Origin: Hypanus sabinus
Taxonomy: Eukaryota
Direction of reading: 5' to 3'
Length of the DNA stretch: 64,000 nt
Assembly (NCBI RefSeq): GCF_030144855.1
Contig: NC_082731.1
Coordinates: forward strand, 23,188,001 to 23,252,000
Below, one piece after another: positions 26,030 through 38,985 of this stretch (position 1 is the stretch's first letter; each line of letters begins with the position of its first letter). Made by a program: the position numbers and the translations under genes. A model generated the notes under the pieces. The model had not been told where the DNA came from. It saw only the letters and a list, made by a program, of their open reading frames with translations, and did no database searches.

Positions 26030-26273
26030 GAGCTGCAGACTTATGTCGTCAGAGGGCTGTCTCCGTCAGCGGGGTGTGACGCTCTTTCCTTGAGGTACAT
26101 GAAGCAGTCGCATTTGGGACAATAGGCGGAGCATGTCTCATGAGGCTGCGTTCCCATTGGGCGCTTTTCACTTCCTGCCCATTATCGTACTTAAACAGTA
26201 GAAACGGAAAGTCCACAATCCTGGTGAAAATTTATTGATGAGAAAATAATTCAACTCATTCATCATAAAAATA
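26030..26273 (+). promoter_or_regulatory. putative TCR V promoter
   Basis: TGACG CRE half-site 26077-26081, ATTGG (inverted CCAAT) 26156-26160, ETS-like CACTTCCTG 26169-26177; blocks conserved in inverted paralogue ~61960-62120. Confidence 0.6.
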
Positions 26274-26723
26274 ATGTGGAGATTCGTGATCTGGATCGTG
26301 TGCGGAGCCTGGTTAACTGGTTTGTACGCAGCAGACAATTCAAAAGCATTCTCGAAACTGAATTCTGAAAAAAGAACCGTTAATATAGCATTTCATGTTT
26401 TGACATTATTTTCTAGATACCAGTCATGGAAACTCTGTCACTCAGACAATGTCACCACAAGTGAAGACAGAAGAAGAGACTGTGACTTTCAGCTGCACCT
26501 ATGATACTACATGGGGTGGCTATACTATATATTTGTACCGACAAAGGCCAGAGCAAAGTCTCGAGTACGTACTGTACACAGATAGTAATACTAACGAAGG
26601 CAAAGCCGAATTTGCCAAAAGACGCTTCAAATCCTCTCTGGACAAGGGAAGGAAATTATTTAGTGTCACCATCTCAAAGCTGCAATTGGGCGACTCTGCA
26701 GTTTATTACTGTGCTCTAAGACG
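26274..26723 (+). CDS. TRDV: T-cell receptor delta/alpha variable gene segment (leader 26274-26319, intron 26320-26416, V exon 26417-26723); open frame, Trp41>Leu
   Basis: Spliced product MWRFVIWIVCGAWLT-DTSHGNSVTQTMSPQVKTEEETVTFSCTYDTTWGGYTIYLYRQRPEQ...FAKRRF...ISKLQLGDSAVYYCALR; phase-1 GT-AG intron of 97 bp; Cys23 26494-26496, Cys104 26710-26712; CDR1/FR3 resemble human TRDV1 (CLYETSWWSYYIFWYKQ; LQLEDSAKYFCAL); RSS follows. Symbol is family-level; TRAV use cannot be excluded. Confidence 0.92.
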
Positions 26724-26762
26724 CACAGTGATGCATTGTAGTTAAATGCTCGTACAAAAATT
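26724..26762 (+). promoter_or_regulatory. recombination signal sequence, 23-bp spacer
   Basis: CACAGTG + atgcattgtagttaaatgctcgt (23 nt) + ACAAAAATT. Confidence 0.95.
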
Positions 26763-27007
26763 CACTTACTGTAGAATACATGTTTTGATCGCTGCAGCCT
26801 TATATATTTGTACACTTCTTCTCTCATTGTGGTTTCACGCCATTAAGAGTACGTGTTGAAGTTTCCCTCGCCTTCGTCTGTGAAGACTTAGCAATGGTTG
26901 TAACCGCACCGCTCTTTCCAATGACGCAGAGAGATCTAGAGCCCCTGCTATCTCATTTAATTAGCGAAATATACGTTAAGGCGACAAGAGAATTAGAAGC
27001 GGTAAAA

Positions 27008-27202
27008 NNNNNNNNNNNNNNNNNNNNNNNNNNNNNNNNNNNNNNNNNNNNNNNNNNNNNNNNNNNNNNNNNNNNNNNNNNNNNNNNNNNNNNNNNNNNN
27101 NNNNNNNNNNNNNNNNNNNNNNNNNNNNNNNNNNNNNNNNNNNNNNNNNNNNNNNNNNNNNNNNNNNNNNNNNNNNNNNNNNNNNNNNNNNNNNNNNNNN
27201 NN
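27008..27202. other. assembly gap (N run)
   Basis: Run of N. Confidence 1.
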
Positions 27203-29799
27203 TGGTTACTGCCCAGCGTGGCAATGCAAATCATGGCGACTGGAGTCACGGCTATCTGTATGTAGTTGTTTCGTCGTTTAAAACAAAGATTTTTTATCTA
27301 TTTTTGCTGCGATGATGAATGATTGTCCGGAATCTGAATAAGTGAAGTTTTTGAAGTCCGTGAAGATATCAGTGAGCAGGTGTGCTCGCACCCTGACGAC
27401 ATGACCTGAGATGTGTTCTTGCCAGGTCTCATAACTGAGAAAGAACAATATCTGTTATATTCCTTCTGATGTTTTCTGATGCTACAGAAGTGAAAGCAGC
27501 GCTGTGGGGTTTGAATGCGGAGCGTACATCTATGTTCACCTACATAGATTAGCGTGATAAGCAAGTCAGCAGAAGAAAAGACAGCCTGAATTGGGGAATA
27601 GATTTGGAGTAAACGGAACCTGAGCAAATTACGGGAACTTGGAGAAATCCATGTTCATGCCAGCATGATAGTCGATTCTAAAATCGAATGTGGGAAGTTG
27701 TCTCAGTATAGCAGAAGAAGAGGACGTGGACTCCATGTAGGAATGGATTTGGTAATTAAATTAAAATGGTTGGGATGCATTGAAATCCTTCCTGTTGCAG
27801 TCCGAGCGAATTCCTATGATAACATGGACCCTCAACCTATGTCGATTCTCTCCGATATTGTGCACACCGGATTATTATCACTGCATATAGTGAATAAGAC
27901 AAAAAGGTGAAAAAACAAAGCAGGAAATTTACACCATTTTAGCTCGTAGAGGTTGCTCCGCTATTTCATGCTAGCTGATGTATTTTTCTTCTCATTTCCA
28001 ATCACCGTTCTTCTCCCCATACACCATTTACAATAATCAATCGAAATACATCAACCTCTGTCTTAAATATAGGTACGGATTGGGCATAAGTAGCTATTTG
28101 TGGCAAAGAAGTCCAGATGTTCCCCATTCTCCGGACAAAATAAAAGCAAAAAAAAAAACAAAACATCCTCATCTCCTTTCGAAAAGGACGCCCATTTATT
28201 TGAGACTCCTTTTCATTTCAACATTTGCCGAATAACCTGATTTTATTATCAAGCTCAGCCTCCTGTAGGGAAGCCAGTTCAGAACACAAATAGCCAAGTT
28301 TCATTCTTTACATATCTTTCCAGATGAGGATACATTTATGAAAGTTTTTTAAGATAATCAATGCTCATCGATGCTCCTCATGAATTGAAGCACAGCTCAC
28401 ACTGAGAAACTGAAACAATTTGCAGTTACATACCCACCGTTTGTGCACAGGGAGATTGTAATGATGTGATGGTCTTGTTAGTGGGATGATGTAATTATAT
28501 ATTGACCGTAGGGGGTGGGGATGTGAAGTCACGTGATGACAGTTTCCAAACCGTATTCAAAACAACCCGCGGTTTGTGACGCAGTTCTCTTTTTTATTTT
28601 GGATGCAACATTTTTGATACTGGACGGAGGTGTGAGGCTCTACTGGTTTTGTTTATTGCACGTTCATTTTTCCCCCTGCAGTCCAGTATCAGAGAGTGAA
28701 GGCATTTTCGGAGTTATCCGAGTTCAAAGGACTGGATGTAGTTCATGTCTTTCATCGTTTTAGGCAAAGGTAGAACTTGGACTACGATCGGAAATTGTGG
28801 CATGCTCATTTGAGTCGAGCATCTGCAAAGTCAGGAAGGTTTGTCTAGTGAGCACACTCCAGTCAATAGGTCGATACTTGGAAGTTTTTTTTTCTGGGAA
28901 GTCTCTTCTTCCTGACCGTATAAATCATATGGGCATTTGAATTTATCACTTTAAGTCTGTACATGGATGAAAAGTCGTGAAGTACAGTTTCTAAGTACGA
29001 ATGCGTCTGCAACCAAACTGATAACTTTCGGTTAAAGTAGTCGTTTGTTTACTTTTCTAAGAACGAGCAGAGGTTAATAAATCTCGGGATTTATTTTATA
29101 CCCTGTCTCAGTTTCTTCTGCATTGCTGTTGCATTCGTAACATCGCGTCTGAATTTGTTAGAATTTCCAAAAGTCCACCCACCAGCATTTTTCAGCTGAA
29201 ACAATCTAGTCTCTCCTGATAAGGCAGACTTTAAACATCTTAGTAAGTCTCTCATGCACCCTTTTCACCCAACTGCCGCCATCTGCACTACGGCGACTAG
29301 AACTTTAGGAATTACTGTTGGTGCCGTTGCACAGTTATAACAGTAGTACCGTATCTTGATCTCAGTACCGAAATCGCTGCTCGTAAGCAAGACATTCTTT
29401 TTAGTCCATTTATAAATCTAAAAAACCATGCACTTTTGCCCAAAAGCCGTTGCTTTTATGAGTTCAACCTACCACGTACAAAGTAATTCCTAGGCTAGGA
29501 TATCTTATTGAAATGCATCACATCCCGCTTAACTATATTCCATTCGAAATGTGTTTCTTGTTTGCCAAGCAAAAACAGGGAACTGTCGATTTCGGAATAG
29601 CCAATAGGAGTGAACTATCAACAGTTTCCAACATGATACATGTCATTTACCTTGATGACTTATCCGATTAAGTACCGAATCTCTCTTTATTTGCGGCACT
29701 TCGGGGTTGATCTTGTGAGCTTTATTTGTAGAAAAGCGTATATTGTTATATTGTCTCGACTTTTTCTTCAGTTGATATATAGCAGCAGTATAAGGTTAT

Positions 29800-31175
29800 T
29801 CGACGCATCGAGCGTGCTGCCCTATTTCATAACGGCAGACTCAAATTTCCTCTCCACCCCAGTGTTCTGTCTTCTGCCCATTTCCCCTCAAATGCTGAAA
29901 AATCTGTTACATATAAAGGTTTGCCTTCAAAATGCATATAGTCTTGCCCTCCACACTTGCGTATGGCTATGATTCACCGAGAGCCAGCGCTCTCTGCTGA
30001 AATAAATTGCTCCTCATTCTCTTTTTTTTCTATAAGGACATCGTTTATTCTGAGGTGGCTTCTTTTTGTCTTACATTCTCTCTTTCTCATGAAGGGAAGT
30101 ATCTTCTCTATACCCACTCTGTGAAGGATATCGCCATTAGATAGATTTCACTGTCATCACACTGCAAAGTTATTCTTAAATAACTTGCTTAACCTGTTAA
30201 GAGTGGTATATATATATATGTATATTTAATTCTTATTAATTCTTACTGCAACTGTTCCATACAATCACCCATGGACTTAAATACAATGTTTTTTTTACAT
30301 TTGTTCATATCCGCTAGTTTTGAAATATACATATTCCTCTCGAATTATTTTTGCTTTCTTTCATTTTAAACACTCTTTGGATTCTTTATGGTAACTGACC
30401 TTCGTTTTACTTTATACATAATTTGGATTATTCTAAAATCGACGAAATCTCTGTATTTTAACTTGTTTATTTGAATAAATAGTGGATTCTTTGGCTCATA
30501 ATAACTTGTCTTATATACAGTTCTTATGAATTTATTTTGCAGTAGAAAAAATTGAGATTGTAATTGTATTGAATGTATTTCCCCATACCTCTACACAGTA
30601 AGTCATGTAAGGGAAAAGGGAATGGAATATAGATTTCAGTCCATGCTTTGTTCTCTGAGGAAGGGGGTCTAACGATGCTCATATTACTCCAATTGGGGCT
30701 TCAGCAATGTTTTATACAACTCGCAACATAAATTCCTTGTTTTTATCTACTAGACCTATTGAATTGAATGGTAACATCGCACTTGCCATCCTCAACGCAG
30801 AATCAACCTGCATATTAAACTTCAAGAAGCGTGCACAAACAATCCCTATTTTCTTTGTCTAACTGTTTGAATTATTTTGACTATCCATTGAGTAAATTGT
30901 AAAAACTTTCATTTCCAATACGATTCCCCACACTGCATTCCACTTGCCCCGTTGTTGTACTTTCTACTAACTTGGCTAAGTACATCCGTTACCTACCTAC
31001 TTTCTCAAAGTCTTGTCCCTCTACCCACCTTCATATCCAGTAAAGGCAATAACTCCATAATCTAAGTGATTACCAGTTAATGTGTAAATAATCGGTCATA
31101 AAACTCCACTGTGTAACACCACCAGTCACTAGCTGTAAATCAGAAAATGCTCCCTTTACTTTCATTCTTTGAAGT
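29800..31175 (-). mobile_element. old CR1 3' portion, shared with paralogous copy starting ~57780
   Basis: Decayed reverse-strand CR1 (atactccaattg-ggctt, tttattctgaggt); colinear with 57780-58800. Confidence 0.55.
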
Positions 31176-31179
31176 ATTG

Positions 31180-34100
31180 GAAAATTGTGTTTAAGTCACT
31201 TCATGGTGGTCCTGGATATTCTGGAGATTAAAAGACCTACGGCTTTCTCAGGGAACGGTTTGATTGGCCCCGAATTAGCCGTAGATCAAGGAATACTATA
31301 AATCTTGCATTCGATGAATTAGGAGGAAGACGCTGACAACGAGGTCCACGACAATGTTCCACTTATAGAATGCGGGGTCCTTTGACCTGGTTGGGTCAAA
31401 GTATTTAACATCTGGTCCACAGCTACAACTGCAAACGAAATGAAGATACCAGGTACATGCAATATTATCTGATGTTCGGGCATGAGGCGAGGTTGTCCAT
31501 CGTCCTTTGTTTTAGGGCCGGCGAGGAAGACCTACTACTGAAGATTTATTTTAACTATGTTTCCATTATGAGAAGGGAGATTAAAAGTGCACAAGAACGA
31601 GCTGAAATCGTAGATGCAAAACAGAAAGAAGGAAATAAGAGAAGGCTTGATCGAAAGTTTAGTTGCTCCCAAGTAAAGCAGGGAGACCAAGTCGGCTGAG
31701 GAAATTTGGGGCTGCTTGGGAAGCATATGTTTTCTAAACGGTGGGTGGCTCCGTTCTATGAAGTTAAGTTTAACATGCCAAAGATACTAATTTTCCGGGT
31801 GAAACTAGATGGGAATGGAACTGTCACGATTCACTATCGGAACCACCTTCTGCCTCTGGGACAAGAGCAGCGGTTTGACCCAGAATCCGACTGTAGATTA
31901 AACTTTGTAAGTAGATTGAGCGGCAGCGCGCGTGTCTGATTGAGCAGAAGCATGAGAGATTAGACCGTCCCCCCCCCCCCCCCCGAAATCGGATACTAAT
32001 TGGGAGAAAGAGTAAATAGGCGTGTGTTATATTCTGCCTTTGGCTAAAACCCCACTGATTGAGGAAGGGATTCCCAGTCATTCTCACTTTGTCAGTTGGA
32101 TTCCGGGTGGAGGCATGGTTGATGGGTGCAATCTGAGAACAGCCGGATTCAGCGGGACAATCCAGGCGTTGGAGCGGGGCTCAGCAAAGCGTTCCGAGTT
32201 TCAGGAGGACACGCGTTTGTGGCTTTGCATGTAGGATTGTCAATTTATCACAATTCCATGAGGACTTCACTAAATTTGGTGGAGCAGATTTTAACACCCT
32301 TGGAAGGGTATCACTGCTTATATTTACACTTACATTAAGCAATATGAATATCGGCGAGACAATGAGTACAATCAGCAACAGTTTTCTGGGCCGCAGGTAT
32401 TGCGAAGGTTGGCACACCGATATTGAATTGCTCTTACTAGAAATGCAGCTTCCGGGCAACATCGAGTTTGTGTAGTGCTGATAGTTGAAAAAATCCTATG
32501 GATTTCTCAGGGAACGTTTTTTTTTTTTGTCCCGAATTAGCTGGAGGTCAAGGAATACTACCAATTTTGCATTCGATCCACTAGGAGGAAGACGCTGTCA
32601 AGGAAGGCCACGACAATGTCCCACTTTTAGAATTCGGGGCTCTTTGACCTGGTGGGTTCAAAGTGTTTAACATCCGGTCCACAGTTACAACTGGAAACGA
32701 AATGAAGATACCAGGTACTTGCTACATTATCTGATGTTCGGTCACCAGGCGAGGTTACCCATCGACCTTGGCTTTAGGGCCGGCGATGAAAACCTACTGA
32801 CGAAGATTTATTATAGGTATGTTTCCATTTTGAGAAGGGAGCTTAAAAGAGCTCAGTAAAAAAAGCTGAAATCGTAGATGCAAAACAGAAACAAGGAAAA
32901 AAGAGAAGGTTTAATCGAAAGTTTAGTTACTCAAAGACAAGCCGGGAGACCAAGTCCTCTGGGAAATTCGGGGCTACTTGGGAAGCATCAGTTGGCTGAA
33001 CGGTGGGCGGCTCCGCCCTTTGAAGTGAAGATTAACATGCCAGAGTTCCGGGTGAAACCTGGATTGGAATGGGTCTGTCACGATTCTCGATCGGAACCAC
33101 CTTTTGCCTCTATAACAAGAGGAGCGGGTTGACCCAGAGCCCGAACTGCAGTTTAAAACTAGTAAGTGGATTCCGCGGAGGCGCGGATGTCTGATCGAGC
33201 GAAAGCATGAGAGATTATACAGACCCCCAACAATCTCCGCGCCGAATCGGATACTAATTTGGAGAATGAATAAATGGACCTATGTTCTGCTATTGTTAAT
33301 TACCCACTGATTGAGGAAGAGATTCCCAATCATTCCCACGGTGTCAATTGTATTCGGGGTGGGTGGCGTGGTTGGCGGGTGCGATATGCAGACAGCCGGA
33401 TTCAGCGGGACCCTAGACGAGTTGGAGCGGGGCTCCGGCAAGCGTTCCGAGTTTCAGGAAGACAGGAGTTTGTGGCTTTGCATGTAGGACTGGCAATTTA
33501 TCAGAATTCCATGAGGACTTGACTAAATTTTTTGGAGCAGATTTTAACAACATCGGACGGGTGTCACTGCTTATATTTACTCTCCAATTAAACCATGCGA
33601 ATGTCGGCGAGACCAGGAGGGCGAGCAGCAACAGTTTCCTGGGCCGAAAGTACTGAGAAGGTTGGCACACCTACATTGAATTGCTCTTACTGGAAATGAA
33701 GCTTCCCGGCTGCAAGGTGGCTGAGTAGTGCTCATATTTCTCACTTTCAGCACCCACCGCTGGCAAAAACGTGAGTTGAATGTGTCCGTATTCACCTGGT
33801 AGAATACAGTCTCTCCAACAGCAAGCCTCCAAAAGTGCCTCCTTTCTACTTACAGACGAAAACTGAACTCCCTTCGGACTGCGACTTAGTAACAGAGGAC
33901 GGGAGGAGATCTGGCCCGTGCACACCTATCATGTAGGATGATAGGTGTATGGTCTAATGCAGGTGCTGGTGAACTAAATTGTTCAACGAGAATGCATTGC
34001 TGTCTTTTGAAGGAAGAGGGCTATCGCAGAATCAAAATGGTTTCGCACAATTCGCAGCATGTTATGGGCAGATTTTACGAGGGAATTGTTCTAGCTCAGC

Positions 34101-34370
34101 TACTCGCAAGGAGAGTGGAAATTTTGCTGTGATTGATCAAGAATACTGTGACTACATTTCTGACACGTGGGGCTACAGTTGGGATTTGTGCTGAAGAACC
34201 GTTGGGGATGTATGCTGGATATACAATATCGACCTATACGCACGACTAGGTGAGTTTGCTTTTGAATTTGAGTAAACTGTAGAGACGTAATGAAGTAACA
34301 GCTGAAAGAATTGTATATCAGCGAATTGTATATCAGCGAATGTGTGTTGTACAGGTTTGCTTTGAGAAGT
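31180..34370 (+). mobile_element. Gypsy 3' fragments (integrase HHCC/core remnants, PPT-like site, LTR start) duplicated in tandem, period ~1.25 kb
   Basis: KTYGFLRERF-WP..KEY..CIRC.RRKTL, YYLMFGHEARLSI, GKH.L.ERWAA, HRNHLLPLGQE in both units; anchors ttctcagggaacg at ~31245 and ~32505. Right boundary uncertain. Confidence 0.65.
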
Positions 34371-34650
34371 CTCATTTGCTGCTAGATGATTAATTGAATG
34401 CTATTTTTAATGGCTTTCTCCAAGTCAATGATTAACGAGCTTATTGCTAGTCAGTTTAGTATGCATAACATGAAAAAAACCCCGAAAAAAAACAATATGC
34501 TGAAAATGAGTGGGAAATAAAACAAAAAAATCATGGTAGGTTCAAAGGGGACCAGGCGGAATTGTAAAACCAGGCAAACACAATGAAAATATAACTAAGA
34601 AATCCCCATTCTCTCTCGCCAACAGTATGTACGTTTGTATCTTTGTATTT

Positions 34651-34802
34651 NNNNNNNNNNNNNNNNNNNNNNNNNNNNNNNNNNNNNNNNNNNNNNNNNN
34701 NNNNNNNNNNNNNNNNNNNNNNNNNNNNNNNNNNNNNNNNNNNNNNNNNNNNNNNNNNNNNNNNNNNNNNNNNNNNNNNNNNNNNNNNNNNNNNNNNNNN
34801 NN
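34651..34802. other. assembly gap (N run)
   Basis: Run of N. Confidence 1.
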
Positions 34803-37800
34803 GTGCTGTTTTTCACTATCCGTCTGACACTCCATCTATGTATCGATCTACAGAGCACTCTGCGTAGTTCTCTTGTTTTCTTCATTATTTCTTGTTTTCT
34901 TCGATTTAGCAGGCCTGTCTCTTTCTACAATTTAGTCTTTTTCAAAGCTGGTAGTTTATTTCTCCGTGATGTTGTTCATTTCTTGTATTTATCTACATTC
35001 CTGGATTGACAATTAAAGCATGCTACATCTCATGATCATCTTGGGATATTATGGCTGTGAGCTGCTCCAACAACTCCAAAATTATGTTTAATCGTCCATA
35101 TCTGTGCCACCGCAGGGAATTCACAATCGGTCGACCGTGACACTGTGAACTATACTTACAAACAGGAAACCGAAGGAATGCATGTGTTCGGGCTCAAGCT
35201 TTGAAATAAAATGTGGACATATCGCAGCTGATCAATATCTTATTTAACTACCTTCGAGTTGTTATCTTGAGTGTTATTTTGTTGTTATCTCTATTGGGTG
35301 CAATTTGTTCTCTGTCCCCATCGTGTTCCCCGCCAATCGACGGTTGGGTTCCGGGACACTGCTCGTGTTATCGGCAAAACTGAAAACGGATTTAAAGCAG
35401 ACGAAATCCAAGAAAAAAAGAAAGAAAAGGGTCCGAGAGCACAGTACTATTGGCAATTGTTGGAGAGGATGAACATTATGCGCTCCAGTTTGTTGCTTAA
35501 TTATCTTCGACTTCATGTCAGTTGCTGGCATGTAACCTGCCCTTCATTGACGTTGATTTCTAGGAGCTGATAGACGATTCAATCCAGATTAATGACTTTG
35601 AAGTGCAAGCTTTCTTCAGCACTCTAATGTCTGAGGAATTATTATCCACATTTTCCAGAGATGAGCGTATGGAAATATGACGTCTTGAATCGTAGTTCAG
35701 TTTCAATAGTAAAAAAAAAACTACGTTGACTCCTGGCTGTACTGAAGCTAACACTGTGTCTATTAATTCACGAAGGTTGACGTCAGGGGCACTATAACTT
35801 GTTTACCTTGATACTGTTGGTCTACCTAGCATAGAAGGAACACTGAGATTAGACTAAGAAGTTAATTACGATTCGTCACATGCAAATCCCACACACGATG
35901 GTCTGTACATTTGCTGAATAATCTGCTGGGATTTCATATTTATTATTTCTGCGACTTCCATTCGAGAAAGATTGGAAGGTGAAATCAAGCCAAATGCGAG
36001 GAATCTCGCTTGCAATCTATCACGTACAAACGGGACTCCCAAGGGAGTATGTGTCCCTCTGTCTTACTGTTTTCGTCTGCACAAAGCACCTTGTGAAGCA
36101 GGGACGGCATCCTCAGCCATCTTTCGTCCTGTCCTCTCCCAGATTCCGACAAATACGACATCCACTCCCAATAGAGTCCCTCAGAAAACATCTCTTTATC
36201 ATGGTCTGTAGAACCTTCTCCCAATTACACCATCGTGGTTGGGTGACACCAAGTTCCTAAGTTGAACAATCAAGCTTCCTATCTTTAGTTCAAGTTAAAA
36301 ATGAAATACCTACGAAATGGAAGTGAAAATCTTAACCAGGGTGTTACACACTTCCCCACATTATCATGCTCTCATGACTTTGAAACATATTAAATCATTT
36401 ATTAACACAGTCTTCAAAGAAATTTGTGATATCTGGATATCAAATTCATTTATGAATTGTAGTGACATACATCACCAGGATAGACGCAACACTCTATTCC
36501 CGCATTGCGTCATGTACCATATTTCCCAGGGGCCTCTGGATTCGTCGAGCCCTCAGTATTCCAATCCCTGCTTCTACACATTCAAATTACATTTTGGTCC
36601 CGTCTACAGGTGGACGCCTTTCCCAGACGATCGTTCATGTCTTCCGGCGGCTCAGTTCCCTCTGTTCTATGACCGAATTTGTTTTCGGTCAGTTTCAGCC
36701 GATTTTGCCAGGCATCTACATCAACACTGATCCTACCCGACGAGACATCTCTTTGAGGCTTCAATCGTCTGGCAATTACTGCTGGCTTAACTACCATCAG
36801 ACTCCGCAGTTGAAAACGTATTTTCTCAGCCTAACTTTGTTTCTATTCCTCGGACATTCCGATAAGGTCTGGGGTTCCTGTCACTTTGTGCCTCATTCGG
36901 GGCGAAGCATGATAGGTTTCTGGACTGTCAATAATGTCAGGTACCCCGAAATCCACTTCCGAAACCTCCAGCTTCAATGGCAAGTAACCATCGTACGGAT
37001 ACTCATCAGTGGGAAGTCGATGAATCCCAAGCGTACTGAATGGCGTCAATGATGAATGCGTGATATATCGGTTGCAATATTATCTACAATGCAAACGAAT
37101 TTGACAACCTGTGTCAAATCTGTCTCTAACATAAATGCTTTCAATCCGTCTGGTTTCATTATAGCTTGATCCACAAAAAGTTCCGGAATCTTTATTAGTA
37201 GTTTAGTATTCCCGATGATATACCGACAGGAACGTAAACTCTCGGGTACGTCAGACTGTTCCCTGTTGTGTCGCTCCGAGGTTTCATCTCTTTTCCTCTC
37301 TGTTTGATTAACCGCCGATTTATTTTCCGAAAATGATCCTGTCATTACACTTCCGCTCGAAATATCTATTTTCTCCACCCGTTGTAACAAGATAAAACGG
37401 TTTCCTCTGTGGTGAACGAATCGCGCTCAGTAGCTGCCCTTGCCTTGATACGTCCCATCAGTCGGTCTGACCTCCTGTCAGCTGTGCCAGTCTTATTGAC
37501 AAGGTGCTCCTGTGAGTCTGACCTATCGGTGCAGGAGTGAATGTCTCACGTGGGATGCGTCTGCGTTTCTGACTGAGGAACGACAGGCAGTAAGATGAAC
37601 TGTCGTGTTTCACCAACATGCTGTTATCTTTTATGCTGCATTTCACATGCAAGATTACATCAGAACTATGTTTGTCAAATGAGAATCATTTGTTACCAAC
37701 AGGCATGAAATGCTTAAATAGGAAATTGCGATTTCTTGGAACATTCACTGATTGCAACAGGTGATCAATTTTTGATCCGTGGTTCCTCACATATCTGTTC

Positions 37801-38629
37801 AGATTAGTTTTAGTCTCAGTCGGAATCTCTGGTGATCAGTTTTCCTCTCAGGTACTATCAGAGATAATAATCAAATGACAGTTACAGCACGAAAACAGGC
37901 CATCTTGGCCCTTCTTGTCCGTGCCGAAAGTTGTGGAAGTTCCAAATTCCATAGCTATGGAAGGACATATTATAGAAGTGAAATTTAATTATTGTGCATT
38001 GCTTAATGCATATGCTGCTTCCTAGTACCCACAGTGCACCAGGGAATCGCTGCGATATCTACTGAGGAGATTAAATCCTGGTAATGCACATCAGTCACCC
38101 TATTTAAAAGATTGATATTTCGGATTGCATGATAGAGACAGTTCTCTGTTTACTTTAAGTACTCCGGAGCTGCATGCTCCACCTCGGTCATGTGTCACTG
38201 GATCATAATGGCAAAAATGAGAGTCCATTCTCACCTATGTGAATTAAAGCATAATTCCCGACAGATATATGGAAAATTCCAGCGGGAAAATTCTGGAATA
38301 TGGTGCTGAGCAGGTTTTGGTGAAGTGAACTTCTTTTAAACACTGCATGCCGAAGAGAATCTGCCTCTACATCTGCTGTATGAATCGCTGTGCACACAAT
38401 ATCTTTTCTTTGCAACGGAGAATCGACAGCAATTTATTTGAAAACTTTCACGTTCAATGACATCAAAGAGAATACGAAATTTACCATTCTAAATCTAACT
38501 TTGCCTGGTGTATAATTTTCTACCAATGTCCTACAGTAAGTGTTTGTCATCGCAGTATGAGCCGTGCATGTCCAATAGTAGATATTCTTCAAAATGTATG
38601 GTATTTCTTGTACATGGAAAGATGTAAAG

Positions 38630-38985
38630 CAGGAATGTCAGAGCATAAGATCATGAGCGGCATTGTTCGTGTGGACAGCCAGCGGCTTTTTCCCCCAATG
38701 TTAAATGGGTAAAACAAGGGGGCATTGTGTTAAGGTGCCAGGAATAGGTACCGACGGGATGTCAGGGGTCCGTTTTTAACACAGAGATTTATGGGTGCGT
38801 GGAATGCACTGCTGACGGAAGTGGTGGAAAAGCATCAAATAGGGTTTTAAGACCCTCAGTTAGGTACATGGAGATTATGCGCTATGGAAATTCTAGGACG
38901 TGTGCAGAGTAGATTACATGTTCAGCACAACATTATGAACCGACAATCCTGTAATCTGCTGTAGATTTCGATGTTCTATGTTGAT
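38630..38985 (+). mobile_element. CR1 3' fragment paralogous to 4930-5260
   Basis: gtggacagccagcggcttttt...ggaatgcactgc...ctgctgtagatttcgatgttctatg; same flank as the first copy. Confidence 0.65.

Larger units (their letters stand above)
4100..31175 (+). repeat. V cassette 1 of an ancient tandem segmental duplication (partner ~37750-58800)
   Basis: Colinear blocks 4230-4330/38070-38160, 5480-5660/39230-39420, 11440-11730/46560-46850, 13950-18350/47000-49580, 23420-25164/49780-51507, 26760-26990/51960-52190, 27200-28300/55990-57020, 29850-31175/57830-58780. Confidence 0.85.

Noticed and set aside
25158-26327. TTTGTAC at both ends of the segment deleted in cassette 2, suggesting microhomology-mediated deletion
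   Set aside because: Cassette 2 retains both motif copies with 12 nt between them, whereas microhomology joining would leave one.
32137-32475. Open plus frame (FNTLGRVSLLIFTL...GETMSTIS...LLEMQLP) resembling a TRP or ion-channel segment
   Set aside because: It runs across the PPT-like site and LTR start of the Gypsy unit, motif spacing does not fit, and the sister unit has in-frame stops.
34308-34337. 15-bp direct repeat (gaattgtatatcagc x2); similar short duplication at ~11728-11803
   Set aside because: Simple local slippage; no spacers or array structure, so not CRISPR-like.
36462-37052. 196-aa ORF
   Set aside because: No recognisable domain, no paralogue and no supporting gene structure; consistent with a chance ORF.
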